Virus record (IMG/VR): IMGVR_UViG_3300020419_000859 | DNA length: 64,000 nt | Source of the DNA: a virus | Reading direction: 5' to 3' (one strand) | Shown: piece by piece, positions 18,470 to 28,772 of the stretch | Numbering within the stretch: position 1 is the stretch's first letter | Layout of the letters: every line of letters begins with the position of its first letter | Position numbers and translations under genes: made by a program | The notes under the pieces: model-generated | The model's database searches: none | The model's input: the letters and a program-made list of their open reading frames with translations, nothing else | What the model was told of the DNA's origin: nothing

Positions 18470-19591
18470 ATGCAAACATTTCGTTTTACAATTGGGTTCA
18501 TACTCTTAATCCTTACGATTTTAGCGATAAACGTAAGAAGTAGTTTTGCTACAATAGGCGAAGTCACTTTACATAAAGGTAGTGCCGTTATAGACAGAAA
18601 ATCTGGAGAGAAAGACATTGAGGTACAAAAAAACCTTAATGTCTTCTCTTACGATACTGTAAAAACTGGCGATGGTAAAGTTGGTATACAATTCATTGAT
18701 GATACAAGAGTTGATGTCACTGAACATAGTAAATTATTAATTGACGAATTTATATACGATCCAAATACACAAACAGGTGCCTTATCTCTAAAGGCCACAC
18801 TAGGTACAGTAAGGTATGCTAGTGGTCAAATTGCAAAAAACTCCAAACAAAACGTAAAGATCAGTACACCTACGGCTACCATAGCTGTTAGAGGTACGGA
18901 TTTTACTATGACAGTTGACGAGATAGGTGGTTCAACTATTGTATTATTACCTAGTTGTGATGGTGCTGGTTTCTGTTATGTAGGAGAAATAGAAGTAATG
19001 ACAGACGCAGGTTTTGTAATAATGAATCAGGCCTTTCAAGCAACATATGTTGATAGTGTAGAAACAAAACCTATAATACCTGTATTATTAGATTTAGATA
19101 TTGATATGATTAATAATTTATTAATTGTAAGTCCACCAGAAAAGGTTGAAGAACAAATACAAACAGAAAGAAAGTTGGCAGTTGCTAGTGCTTTAGATTT
19201 AGACTTTTTAAAGTTTGATGAATTAGAAATTGACTTACTAGATAACTCTGCCGAAGAAGAAGCTTTTACAGCTTTAGATGTTGACTATTTAGATTTTGAT
19301 TTCTTAAAAGACATATTAGAAGAATTAAATAAACAACTTGCTTTAGAAATGAGAAGCGAATTTGATAAGAAAAAAAATAAAAAGAAAGCAGGACAAGATG
19401 AGTTTGGTGTAATATTATTAGATGAGGATCCACAATGGGTGTGGATGAGAACCGATGAATCAAATAATAATATTGTATTAAGATTAGATCAAGAATATGG
19501 ATATACTATAAACGTTATACAAGGAGATACAGAAATTATTGATTATGAGTTAGGTGATGGATCAAATCAAATAAGGATAAATCAACAATGA
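18470..19591 (+). CDS. FecR-domain periplasmic protein with acidic C-terminal region
   Basis: Signal/TM; D.VKTG..V.I.F.DDT.V.V.E.S.L.IDEF.YDP; I.TPTATIAVRGTDF. Confidence 0.85.
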   Translation: MQTFRFTIGFILLILTILAINVRSSFATIGEVTLHKGSAVIDRKSGEKDIEVQKNLNVFSYDTVKTGDGKVGIQFIDDTRVDVTEHSKLLIDEFIYDPNTQTGALSLKATLGTVRYASGQIAKNSKQNVKISTPTATIAVRGTDFTMTVDEIGGSTIVLLPSCDGAGFCYVGEIEVMTDAGFVIMNQAFQATYVDSVETKPIIPVLLDLDIDMINNLLIVSPPEKVEEQIQTERKLAVASALDLDFLKFDELEIDLLDNSAEEEAFTALDVDYLDFDFLKDILEELNKQLALEMRSEFDKKKNKKKAGQDEFGVILLDEDPQWVWMRTDESNNNIVLRLDQEYGYTINVIQGDTEIIDYELGDGSNQIRINQQ

Positions 19592-21003
19592 AATATGTAA
19601 TAATAGGATTAACAATTATACTAGCTTGTTTAGGTACTTGTTTTTCTCCTAAAGCAAACGCTTCTGATACAGCATTAATATATCATAGTAGTTATCAAGA
19701 CTCTCATACTAATGTTAAAGATCAATTAGAGGCAGATGGCTATACGGTTACACTTTCAACAAGTGGTTCTGTTGCTAGTAATTTAATTAATAGTTATGAC
19801 ATTGTTGTAGATTTAAAATATAATAGCAATTGTGGTAGTACATGTAGAACAAATTATCAATCTTTTGTACAAGCAGGTGGTATATTAATTATCACTGGTG
19901 AAAATAATAATTATTCTAATAGAAATAATAATATTAAAAGTTTGATAACAAGTAAGTTTAGTGGATCACTTACACTAGGTGGCAACACAAGTGGTTGTGC
20001 TAGACCTTGTACTAGTCCTAATAACTCAAATACTATATCACAAACTAATACATCTATAACTGATAGCAATTATACTAGTTTTGGTTATTATCCTTATGGT
20101 ACTAAAATTACTTCAGGTGATGGTACATGGGTGGCAAAAAATACATCTGGCGATATTGTGTGGATGCGATGGACAGGTGACGAACTACCTAGTGGTTATA
20201 CAGGTGCAGTTTATATTACCTTTGATATAAACCAATTTGAAACAGCATTTGATGGTGCAAACTTTGATAGTTTTATTTCAGATTTATATACATCAATGTC
20301 AACACCTCAAGCAGGTATAACTTCATCACAACAAACAGAGGTAACTACAGCAAAAAATAAAACTAATAATGGTAATGCAATTTATATAACTCAAAGTGGT
20401 AGTGGTATTGATTTAGATATAGTACAAGACGGAGATAATAATTTAGTTATAGGATCAGATTTAACTAATGCAGGCTCTATACAAGGAGATAATAACGAGA
20501 TAACATTAACACAAAACAATAACAATAATGTAATAGGTATTGATGTAAATGGTAATACAAACGATGTAGATATATGGCAAGATACAGATCAACGAGCAGT
20601 TGTAAATATAACAGGCGCCTCAAATACACTAGACCTAGAACAATTACACCTAAATAACACCGGAGACCACTTTTCTAAAGTGACAGTGAACGGCAATAGC
20701 AATACAATGACAATTGACCAGAAAGAAACTGGCGATAAGGTATTATTTTTAGAAGTAGACGGAAATAATAATGTAACCGTAGATCAAAAAGGAACTGGTA
20801 GCCATTTTTTAGATGTAAATCTAACAGATAGTCACACTGTAGACGTGACACAAGACGGTACAGGTAGTCATAATGCTAAAATACATTTAAGTGGAAATAC
20901 ATCATCTGTTACCTTAACACAAGATAGTAGTACAAATCAAAACTATGTTCTTGAACAAAATTGCTCTAGTAGTAGTTGTTCAGCAACAGTGACACAAAAC
21001 TAA
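19588..21003 (+). CDS. Large curlin-repeat protein with an extra N-terminal globular domain
   Basis: Signal peptide; ~230-aa N domain; C-terminal Q-x-G-x-x-N/H repeats starting NAIYITQSG..LDI.QDG.NN as in the 17742 protein. Confidence 0.7.
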   Translation: MKYVIIGLTIILACLGTCFSPKANASDTALIYHSSYQDSHTNVKDQLEADGYTVTLSTSGSVASNLINSYDIVVDLKYNSNCGSTCRTNYQSFVQAGGILIITGENNNYSNRNNNIKSLITSKFSGSLTLGGNTSGCARPCTSPNNSNTISQTNTSITDSNYTSFGYYPYGTKITSGDGTWVAKNTSGDIVWMRWTGDELPSGYTGAVYITFDINQFETAFDGANFDSFISDLYTSMSTPQAGITSSQQTEVTTAKNKTNNGNAIYITQSGSGIDLDIVQDGDNNLVIGSDLTNAGSIQGDNNEITLTQNNNNNVIGIDVNGNTNDVDIWQDTDQRAVVNITGASNTLDLEQLHLNNTGDHFSKVTVNGNSNTMTIDQKETGDKVLFLEVDGNNNVTVDQKGTGSHFLDVNLTDSHTVDVTQDGTGSHNAKIHLSGNTSSVTLTQDSSTNQNYVLEQNCSSSSCSATVTQN

Positions 21004-21224
21004 TGATTAAATGGACTAAAAATAAATGGCAAAAATTTAAGAAGTGGTCTACAGTGGATCATTGGATTGATCTATTTGTAGATGTAGGACTTATTGCGTT
21101 TGATGTTTTATCTAGTCCAGTATTAATTGTTGTAAGATTTATTAGGTACTTTTTTAACAAATACGTAAACGGCCATATAAAAAGATTTTTAAAATGGTTT
21201 GCACATAAGGTATTGAGACTATGA
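21003..21224 (+). CDS. Small amphipathic/membrane protein
   Basis: ATG overlaps the upstream TAA; coupled to the cyclase start. Confidence 0.5.
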   Translation: MIKWTKNKWQKFKKWSTVDHWIDLFVDVGLIAFDVLSSPVLIVVRFIRYFFNKYVNGHIKRFLKWFAHKVLRL

Positions 21225-23032
21225 AATGGCTTACACATTGGACAATTGCGTTTGTAACCTTATTTGTTTTAACATTTATAGGTTTAAAAGAACCACAAGT
21301 AAAAGAGATATTAAGATTAAAAACATTTGATTTATTATTACAATCAGAAACAAAAGAATTATCACAAGACATAGGTATAATTACAATAGATGAAAAGGCA
21401 ATAGAAAAATATGGTCAATGGCCATGGCCTAGAAGTGTATTAGCAGACATTATACTTAAAGCAAGACTAGATGGTGCTCAGGTTATAGTAGTGCCTATAC
21501 TTTTTAGTGAACCAGATAGAATGGGATACGATGAAGATTTAGCAGACGTATTACCATATCATATAGTAATATCACAAGTTGGTACTAATCAAACAAACAA
21601 AAATGGTGTGCCTAGAGGAGTTGCAAAAGTAAACGATCCTTTACCTTTCTTATTTGAATGGGGAGGTATGTTAGGTCCTATAGAGAAATTTCACAACGCA
21701 AGTGGTGTAGGTGTATCAAACACTGTACCTGAAGTTGATGGTGTTGTAAGAAGAATACCTTTATTAATGAAAATAGGTGAGGACATATATCCTGCCATGG
21801 CAATAGAAGTTATTAGAGTTGCTGTAGGTGCTCCTAGTTATCAAGTTAAATCAGGAGAAGCAGGTGTACAAGCGATGAGGGTTCCTGGTTTTCCTACAAT
21901 TAAGACAGACGCAAATGCCAGAATATGGTTAAGATGGAATAAAGAATACGAAACTATATCAGCTGCTGATATGGATTTTACAAAGTTTGCCGGTAAAACT
22001 GTAATCATAGGTATGAGTGCTGAGGGTTTAGGTGGTATCATAGCAACACCAATAGGCGAAAGATATGCCTATGAATTAACGGCCTCTACTTTAAATACTG
22101 TATTACAAGGAGAACAAATAATAAGAACTGATATAATGCCTTTGATAGAAATGGCTGTTGCAGTTGTATTATCTATTTTAATGATTTTAGTAGTTAGATT
22201 TTTTCCTTATTTGTTTATTATAACTTTATTGATAGGTACATATGGTGTTAGTTGGATAGCCGTATCACTTCTTTTTGAAAATAAACTAATGTTAGTTGAT
22301 ATGAGTTGGGCGATGTTAACTTTATCTATAGTAGTATTTCATTCCGTATTCACAAGATTTATTTTAGAGTTTAGATTGAAACAACAAATTAAAAAACAAT
22401 TTGAACACTACTTAGCACCTGCCATGGTAAAAAGATTACAAAAAAATCCTGAACTTTTAAAATTAGGTGGTGAAACAAGAGAGTTAACATTTTTATTTTG
22501 TGATATAAGAGGTTTCACTCCTATTTCAGAAAAGTATCAATCTGATCCACAAGGACTTACAGTAGTTATAAACAAATTTCTAACACCCATGACAGACATA
22601 ATTATGAAAAATGGTGGTACTATTGATAAGTATATGGGTGATTGCATAATGGCGTTTTGGAACGCTCCTATTGATATTCCGAACCATAGGACAATGGCTG
22701 TTAAGTCTGCTGTGGAGATGGTTCACAAACTAAAAGACCTAAATAATAGTGAGGGTTTTGGTCCAGGTAATAAGTTAAACATTGGTATAGGTATCAACTC
22801 TGGTAAGGCCGTAGTTGGTAATATGGGATCAAAACAAAGATTTGATTATTCAGTTTTAGGTGACGCTGTTAATTTGGCGAGTAGATTAGAAGGAGTATCT
22901 AAAAATTATGACGCTACAATAATAATAGGATATGACACATACAAAAACATCAAAGAAAAATACAACTTCAAAAAACTAGATCAGGTCAAAGTCAAAGGTA
23001 AATCTAACCTAGTTTCCATCTACACTATTTAA
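21221..23032 (+). CDS. CHASE2-domain class III adenylyl cyclase
   Basis: CHASE2: ITIDE..YGQWPWPR, EVDGVVRRIP. Three TMs. Cyclase: FCDIRGFT, DKYMGDCIMA, GIGINSG, DYSVLGDAVNLASRLEG, VKGK. Confidence 0.95.
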   Translation: MKWLTHWTIAFVTLFVLTFIGLKEPQVKEILRLKTFDLLLQSETKELSQDIGIITIDEKAIEKYGQWPWPRSVLADIILKARLDGAQVIVVPILFSEPDRMGYDEDLADVLPYHIVISQVGTNQTNKNGVPRGVAKVNDPLPFLFEWGGMLGPIEKFHNASGVGVSNTVPEVDGVVRRIPLLMKIGEDIYPAMAIEVIRVAVGAPSYQVKSGEAGVQAMRVPGFPTIKTDANARIWLRWNKEYETISAADMDFTKFAGKTVIIGMSAEGLGGIIATPIGERYAYELTASTLNTVLQGEQIIRTDIMPLIEMAVAVVLSILMILVVRFFPYLFIITLLIGTYGVSWIAVSLLFENKLMLVDMSWAMLTLSIVVFHSVFTRFILEFRLKQQIKKQFEHYLAPAMVKRLQKNPELLKLGGETRELTFLFCDIRGFTPISEKYQSDPQGLTVVINKFLTPMTDIIMKNGGTIDKYMGDCIMAFWNAPIDIPNHRTMAVKSAVEMVHKLKDLNNSEGFGPGNKLNIGIGINSGKAVVGNMGSKQRFDYSVLGDAVNLASRLEGVSKNYDATIIIGYDTYKNIKEKYNFKKLDQVKVKGKSNLVSIYTI

Positions 23033-23142
23033 ACTTAACCAGGAGGTTATCTGATAAAAAGGATTATACTACTAGCTATATGCTGGTGTTTATTATGGTC
23101 AGTGACGAATAAGTTAAACGTGGAAAAACAACAAGAAAAGAT

Positions 23143-23150
23143 TATAAATA
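23143..23150 (+). promoter_or_regulatory. T4-type late promoter
   Basis: TATAAATA upstream of ATG 23160. Confidence 0.6.
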
Positions 23151-23159
23151 TACAATAAT

Positions 23160-23600
23160 ATGGATAAACATACACAAGAAATTCAATTAGAACTAGCAAG
23201 GCTAACGAAAGATGTTGAGCAGGTAAGTACTATTCAAAATAGATTAGATACTGCCATTGACAAACTTACAGACGTTGGTGCTGATATTAAATCTATGCTG
23301 GCTGTACACGAAGAAAAGATAGAACACCAGGAAAAGATAGATGAAGTAATATTTTCTAAATTAAGGGTAAGAGCGGAAGAGACAGGAACTATAGAAAAAG
23401 AACTAAAAGAACATATAGAGTCGTCTGAAAAAAGAGTTAAGGAAGAGATACAATCGCTGAAAACCGAGTTTAGAGGTAGAATATCATTGTTAGAAAAGTA
23501 CAAGTGGATTATCATTGGTGCTTTTATAGCAGTAGAATTTATAACGGTTTTAATGATATCCAAAAAAGGTATGTTACCACTGTTTTCTCTTTTCAAATAA
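23160..23600 (+). CDS. Coiled-coil protein with a C-terminal TM (conserved in T4-like phages)
   Basis: RLD.AIDKL..I..MLAVHEEK..R.S.LEK.KW.IIG. Confidence 0.55.
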   Translation: MDKHTQEIQLELARLTKDVEQVSTIQNRLDTAIDKLTDVGADIKSMLAVHEEKIEHQEKIDEVIFSKLRVRAEETGTIEKELKEHIESSEKRVKEEIQSLKTEFRGRISLLEKYKWIIIGAFIAVEFITVLMISKKGMLPLFSLFK

Positions 23601-23602
23601 GC

Positions 23603-23631
23603 TTGACAATTTAAGACATTTGGTGTATAGT
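23603..23631 (+). promoter_or_regulatory. Sigma70-type promoter
   Basis: TTGACA-17bp-TATAGT upstream of primase. Confidence 0.75.
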
Positions 23632-23641
23632 AATATTTACT

Positions 23642-24643
23642 ATGTCGTCTTATATTGATCTAAAGTTTATCAATCAACTATCGGGTAGGTTGCAACAGTT
23701 TAAACAGAAAACAGACTATCTGTTTAACTTTCGTTGTCCTCATTGTGGTGATTCTAAAAAATCTAAAAGTAAAGCCAGAGCATATTTTTATAGAGTTAAA
23801 AATGATATGTTCTTTAAATGTCACAATTGTGGCCAAGGTCAAAACTTTGCAAACTTTTTAAAGTTTGTAGACCCTAGAGCCTATAAAGAATATTTACTAG
23901 AAAGATATAAAGGGTCAGCACCATCTACACCTAAACCTAATTTTAAATTTGATAAACCAATATTTAAAACTAACCCTTTGACTAAATTAAAAACAATTAA
24001 AGAGTTAGAAGATGACCATATTGCAAAACAATATTGTGTAAGTAGAAAAATACCTGAAGAATTTTTTGACAAATTATATTTTACGGATAAATTTGAACAA
24101 CTAGTAAATGAAATTAAACCTAATACATATAAAACTCAAAATGATCATAGTAGATTAGTGATACCTTTTTACGATACAACTGGAGAGTTATTTGCTTTTC
24201 AAGGTCGTGCCCTAGGTAAAGAAATTCCTAAATACTTAACAATCAAACTAAACGAAAATAAACAAAAAGTTTTTGGTTTAGAAAGAGTAAATTTTCAAAA
24301 TGATTTATATATAGTAGAGGGTCCTATAGACGCTATGTTTATTGGCAATTGTATCGCAGCTGCTGGTGCAGATTTACAGTTAAAAAATAAAATGTCTAAT
24401 GATAAAATTACCTATATATTTGACAACGAGCCAAGAAACAAAGAAATCATAAACAGAATGTATAAAGTAGTTGAGAATGATTATAATATTGTTATATGGC
24501 CAGACGATATACTACACAAAGATATTAACGATATGATACTTGGTGGCTTGACAAAATCGCAAATACAAAATATAATAGAAGAAAATACATATTCAAAGTT
24601 AAGTGCTTTGACTAAACTAAACCACTGGAAAAAAATACGATGA
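23642..24643 (+). CDS. 61: DNA primase (T4 gp61-like)
   Basis: NFRCPHCGDS..FKCHNC zinc finger; RLVIPF, FQGR, VEGPIDAMF, FDNEPRN, KDIND (TOPRIM). Confidence 0.95.
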   Translation: MSSYIDLKFINQLSGRLQQFKQKTDYLFNFRCPHCGDSKKSKSKARAYFYRVKNDMFFKCHNCGQGQNFANFLKFVDPRAYKEYLLERYKGSAPSTPKPNFKFDKPIFKTNPLTKLKTIKELEDDHIAKQYCVSRKIPEEFFDKLYFTDKFEQLVNEIKPNTYKTQNDHSRLVIPFYDTTGELFAFQGRALGKEIPKYLTIKLNENKQKVFGLERVNFQNDLYIVEGPIDAMFIGNCIAAAGADLQLKNKMSNDKITYIFDNEPRNKEIINRMYKVVENDYNIVIWPDDILHKDINDMILGGLTKSQIQNIIEENTYSKLSALTKLNHWKKIR

Positions 24644-26949
24644 CAGATACCGGAAATATTAAAGTAGTAAAAAGAGGACAAAGAGGATTAGAACCACTTA
24701 ACATTGAAAAGATACATGAAATGGTAGAATTTGCCTGTGAAGATATAAAAGGCGTATCAGCTTCACAAGTAGAAATGAGCTCGGGTCTCCAGTTTTACGA
24801 TGGTATTTCTACAAACGATATTCAACAAATTTTAATTAAGTCAGCTTCAGATTTAATCTCACTAGAAGCACCAAACTATCAATACGTAGCTGCTAGACTA
24901 TTACTATTCAGTTTAAGAAAACAAGTTATAGGTAGACTATGGGATCATCCACATATTTTTGATCACGTAGAGAAATGTGTTAAACTAGGAGTATATGATT
25001 CTGAAATACTAAAGACATATGATAAAAAAGATTTCAGTAGAATGCAAAACTGGATTACACATGAAAGAGATAATAACTTTACGTATGCTGGTTTAAGACA
25101 AGTCATTGACAAATATCTAGTACAAGATAGATCAAGTGGTGAAATTTATGAAACACCTCAATTCATGTACATGATGATAGCAGCCACATTATTTGCCAAG
25201 TATCCAAAAAACAAAAGGATGAGTTATGTTAAAAAATACTATGACGCAATATCCAATTTTAAAATTAATATTCCAACTCCTGTTATGGCTGGCGTTAGGA
25301 CTCCTATTAAGCAGTACGCTAGTTGTGTACTTGTTGATACAGACGACACTTTACCTAGTATCTTCTCTAGTGATATGGCTGTTGGAAACTATGTTGCTCA
25401 AAGAGCAGGTATCGGTATCAACGCAGGTAGAATTAGAGGAATTAACAGCAGAATTAGAGGAGGAGAAGTCCAACACACAGGTGTTATACCTTTCCTTAAA
25501 AAGTTTGAAGCAACTGTCAAGTGTTGCACTCAAAACGGTGTTAGAGGAGGTTCAGCAACTGTACACTTCCCTATTTGGCACCAAGAGATAGAAGATATTA
25601 TTGTTTTAAAAAACAATAAAGGTACCGAGGATAACAGAGTTAGAAAATTAGATTACTCTATACAATTATCTAAACTATTTTATGAAAGATTTATTAATGA
25701 AGAAGAAATAACATTGTTCTCTCCTCACGAAGTACCTGAATTATATGAAGCTTGGGGAACACCAGAATTTGACGAACTATATTTACGAGCAGAAAGAAAA
25801 AAAAGTGTTAATAAAAAGAAGATAGACGCACAAGAATTGTTTTTTGATATATTAAAAGAAAGAGCAGAAACAGGTCGTATTTACATAATGAATATTGATC
25901 ATTGTAATACACACTCTAGTTTTAAAGACACGGTAACCATGAGTAACCTATGTCAAGAAATCACTCTCCCTACCACTCCTATACAACATATAGACGGTCC
26001 AGGTGAGATTGCATTGTGTATTCTATCAGCAATCAACGTAGGTAAAATCAACTACCTAGAAGAACTGGAAGAACTATGCGAATTAGCAGTAAGAGCTTTA
26101 GAAGAAATCATAGATCATCAACAGTATCCTGTTAAGGCAGCTGAAATATCTACAAAAGCAAGACGTAGTTTAGGTGTAGGTTATATTGGCCTTGCACACT
26201 ATCTAGCAAAAGCAGGTTTTAAATACGACCACAAACAAGCATGGAAAGAAGTAGATAAACTAACAGAAGCTTTCCAATATTATCTATTGAAAGCAAGTAA
26301 TATACTTGCACAAGAAAAAGGTCAGTGTGATTTATTTCATAGAACTAAATACGCAGACGGAATATTACCAATAGATACTTACAAAAAAGAAGTTGACGAA
26401 ATTGTCACACGTAAGTTATCTATGAAATGGGAAGAATTACGAGCAAGTATTAAAGAATTTGGGCTACGACATAGTACTCTATCAGCCCAAATGCCTTCCG
26501 AGTCTTCTAGTGTGGTATCAAATGCTACAAACGGCATTGAACCACCTAGAGACCACTTATCAGTTAAGAAAAGTAAAAAAGGCACATTGAAACAAATAGT
26601 ACCTGAATTTAATAAACTTAAAAATTATTATACTTTATTATGGGATATGCCTTCAAATGAGGGATATATAAATATAGTTGCAGTAATGCAAAAGTATTTT
26701 GATCAAGCTATATCAGGTAACTGGTCATATAATCCAGGAAATTACGAAGACAATCAAGTACCTGTGTCAGTAATGGCACAAGACTTACTAACAACTTATA
26801 AATTAGGTTGGAAGACATCTTATTACCAAAATACTTACGATGGTAAAGAAGACATTGAAGAGCCTAAACACTCTATAGATTATGATACACCTATCTCTCC
26901 TGAAGAACCTTTAGAAGACCAGGAAAATTGTGATAGTTGTACAATATAA
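24640..26949 (+). CDS. nrdA: Ribonucleotide reductase class Ia alpha subunit
   Basis: ATP cone, PTPVMAG, SNLCQEI, LCILSA, AQMPSESSS, WKTSYY, C-terminal CDSC. Confidence 0.97.
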   Translation: MTDTGNIKVVKRGQRGLEPLNIEKIHEMVEFACEDIKGVSASQVEMSSGLQFYDGISTNDIQQILIKSASDLISLEAPNYQYVAARLLLFSLRKQVIGRLWDHPHIFDHVEKCVKLGVYDSEILKTYDKKDFSRMQNWITHERDNNFTYAGLRQVIDKYLVQDRSSGEIYETPQFMYMMIAATLFAKYPKNKRMSYVKKYYDAISNFKINIPTPVMAGVRTPIKQYASCVLVDTDDTLPSIFSSDMAVGNYVAQRAGIGINAGRIRGINSRIRGGEVQHTGVIPFLKKFEATVKCCTQNGVRGGSATVHFPIWHQEIEDIIVLKNNKGTEDNRVRKLDYSIQLSKLFYERFINEEEITLFSPHEVPELYEAWGTPEFDELYLRAERKKSVNKKKIDAQELFFDILKERAETGRIYIMNIDHCNTHSSFKDTVTMSNLCQEITLPTTPIQHIDGPGEIALCILSAINVGKINYLEELEELCELAVRALEEIIDHQQYPVKAAEISTKARRSLGVGYIGLAHYLAKAGFKYDHKQAWKEVDKLTEAFQYYLLKASNILAQEKGQCDLFHRTKYADGILPIDTYKKEVDEIVTRKLSMKWEELRASIKEFGLRHSTLSAQMPSESSSVVSNATNGIEPPRDHLSVKKSKKGTLKQIVPEFNKLKNYYTLLWDMPSNEGYINIVAVMQKYFDQAISGNWSYNPGNYEDNQVPVSVMAQDLLTTYKLGWKTSYYQNTYDGKEDIEEPKHSIDYDTPISPEEPLEDQENCDSCTI

Positions 26950-26966
26950 AAAGATAAATAACGAAA

Positions 26967-28070
26967 ATGAGCAAAACAGTATTTAACAAAGAAAAAGGAA
27001 TAGACCCTACTAAACAGTTAATGTTTTTAGGTCCTGATTTATCAGTACAAAGATATGATAATATGAAGTATCCTATTTTTGACAAACTGACACAACAGCA
27101 ATTAGGTTTCTTTTGGAGACCTGAAGAAATTTCTTTACAGAAAGATAGAAACGATTACTATGATCTATCTGAAGGCCAAAAGTTTATCTTTACATCTAAT
27201 TTAAAATATCAAACAATGTTAGATAGTGTACAAGGTAGAGGACCTTTACTATCATTTTTACCATTAGTATCATTACCAGAATTAGAAGGCGCTATTGTTG
27301 CATGGGATTTTATGGAAACAATACACAGCCGATCATATACTTACATCATCAAAAACTTATATTCAGACCCAGCAGATGTATTTGATATGATTTTAGAGGA
27401 CAAGAAGATAGAAGAACGAGCAGCTCATGTCACAGCAACTTATGATGATTTAATTGAAATGGGTCACAAATGGCACTTAACACCAAACAAAGTTGATATG
27501 TATGAACTAAAGAAAAAATTATATCTAGCTATGGTATCAGTAAACATACTAGAGGGTTTAAGATTTTATGTTTCTTTTGCATGTTCATTTGCTTTTGGTG
27601 AATTGAAAAAGTTAGAAGGCTCTGCTAAGATTATATCTTTCATAGCAAGAGACGAAAGCCAGCACTTGGCAATGTCACAAAGAATTATTAATAACTGGAG
27701 AGATTACGAGAACGATAAAGAAATGTTAAAAGTTATTAAAGATTGTGAGAAAGAAGTTTATAAAATGTATGATGACGCCGTTAACGATGAGAAACGTTGG
27801 GCAACATACTTATTTTCAAAAGGTAGTATGATAGGTTTATCAGAAAAACTATTACATCAATTTGTAGAATACATGGCGAATAGACGTATGAAAGCCATCG
27901 GGTTAGCACCTGCTTATGATCAAAAAACAAATCCATTACCATGGGTTGAACACTGGTTAAATAGTAGATCAGCTCAAAATGCTCCACAAGAAACTGAAAT
28001 AGAATCTTATGTAGTTGGTGGTATAAAACAAGACGTTAAAAAAGGTTCATTTAAAAAATTCAAACTGTAA
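26967..28070 (+). CDS. nrdB: Ribonucleotide reductase class Ia beta subunit
   Basis: FFWRPEE, DSVQGRGP, ETIHSRSY, EGLRFYVSFACS, RDESQH, APQETE. Confidence 0.97.
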   Translation: MSKTVFNKEKGIDPTKQLMFLGPDLSVQRYDNMKYPIFDKLTQQQLGFFWRPEEISLQKDRNDYYDLSEGQKFIFTSNLKYQTMLDSVQGRGPLLSFLPLVSLPELEGAIVAWDFMETIHSRSYTYIIKNLYSDPADVFDMILEDKKIEERAAHVTATYDDLIEMGHKWHLTPNKVDMYELKKKLYLAMVSVNILEGLRFYVSFACSFAFGELKKLEGSAKIISFIARDESQHLAMSQRIINNWRDYENDKEMLKVIKDCEKEVYKMYDDAVNDEKRWATYLFSKGSMIGLSEKLLHQFVEYMANRRMKAIGLAPAYDQKTNPLPWVEHWLNSRSAQNAPQETEIESYVVGGIKQDVKKGSFKKFKL

Positions 28071-28243
28071 TGGAAAAAATACAAAAGTACTGCTCTAATT
28101 GTCAGACTAAATATACTGTAGAATGGGACGAGGATAAATCAGATTTAGATCCTCTTACATGTCCTTTCTGTGGATATGAAGTTGAAGGAGAAGAAGATGG
28201 ACCAGACATACCTGACGAAGCAGATCACGAAAGTTGGCATTGA
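28070..28243 (+). CDS. 57-aa zinc-ribbon protein (below the ORF track cutoff)
   Basis: MEKIQKYCSNC...TCPFCG with an acidic tail; ATG overlaps the nrdB stop. Confidence 0.65.
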   Translation: MEKIQKYCSNCQTKYTVEWDEDKSDLDPLTCPFCGYEVEGEEDGPDIPDEADHESWH

Positions 28244-28772
28244 TTATAGTTTAACAAGTCCAGCCGTTTGTATAAACGATGGCAAATTAAAATTTTATTA
28301 CTTAACTACAAAAAAGAAATGGTTAGGTAAACAAAGTGATAATATAATTGGTTATGAACATAAAGAATGGACAGACCCTATTGAAAGGTTTAAAAACATA
28401 AGTGACTTTGTATTTAATATTCTCTACACAAATCCACTCTTTGAGCAACCTGTTTATGACATCTATATTGAGGGCTACTCGTTTGGTTCTAAAGGTCAAG
28501 GTCTTTTTCAAATTGCTGAGAATTGTGGGATACTCAAATTTAGGTTTCTTCAAAAAAATATTAATTACAATATCGTTGTACCGAGCGTTGTTAAGAAAGG
28601 CGCAACGGGAAAGGGTAACGCAGACAAAGACATGATGTACGAGGCCTTTCTAAAAGAAACGAAGATTGATTTAAAAAAAATATTAGATACAGATAAGGTT
28701 GGTAATCCATTATCTGATATAGTTGATAGTTATTTTATACAAAAGGTTGGATATGAAAATCAAAGTCGTTAG
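28197..28772 (+). CDS. RuvC-like (RNase H fold) endonuclease; start uncertain
   Basis: VGIDYSLTSPA, IYIEGYSFG, P..VKK.ATGKGNADK, DIVDSYFI. Confidence 0.75.
   Translation: MDQTYLTKQITKVGIDYSLTSPAVCINDGKLKFYYLTTKKKWLGKQSDNIIGYEHKEWTDPIERFKNISDFVFNILYTNPLFEQPVYDIYIEGYSFGSKGQGLFQIAENCGILKFRFLQKNINYNIVVPSVVKKGATGKGNADKDMMYEAFLKETKIDLKKILDTDKVGNPLSDIVDSYFIQKVGYENQSR

Noticed and set aside
24640-28070. Introns, inteins or homing endonucleases in nrdA/nrdB
   Set aside because: Both ORFs are continuous and of normal length.
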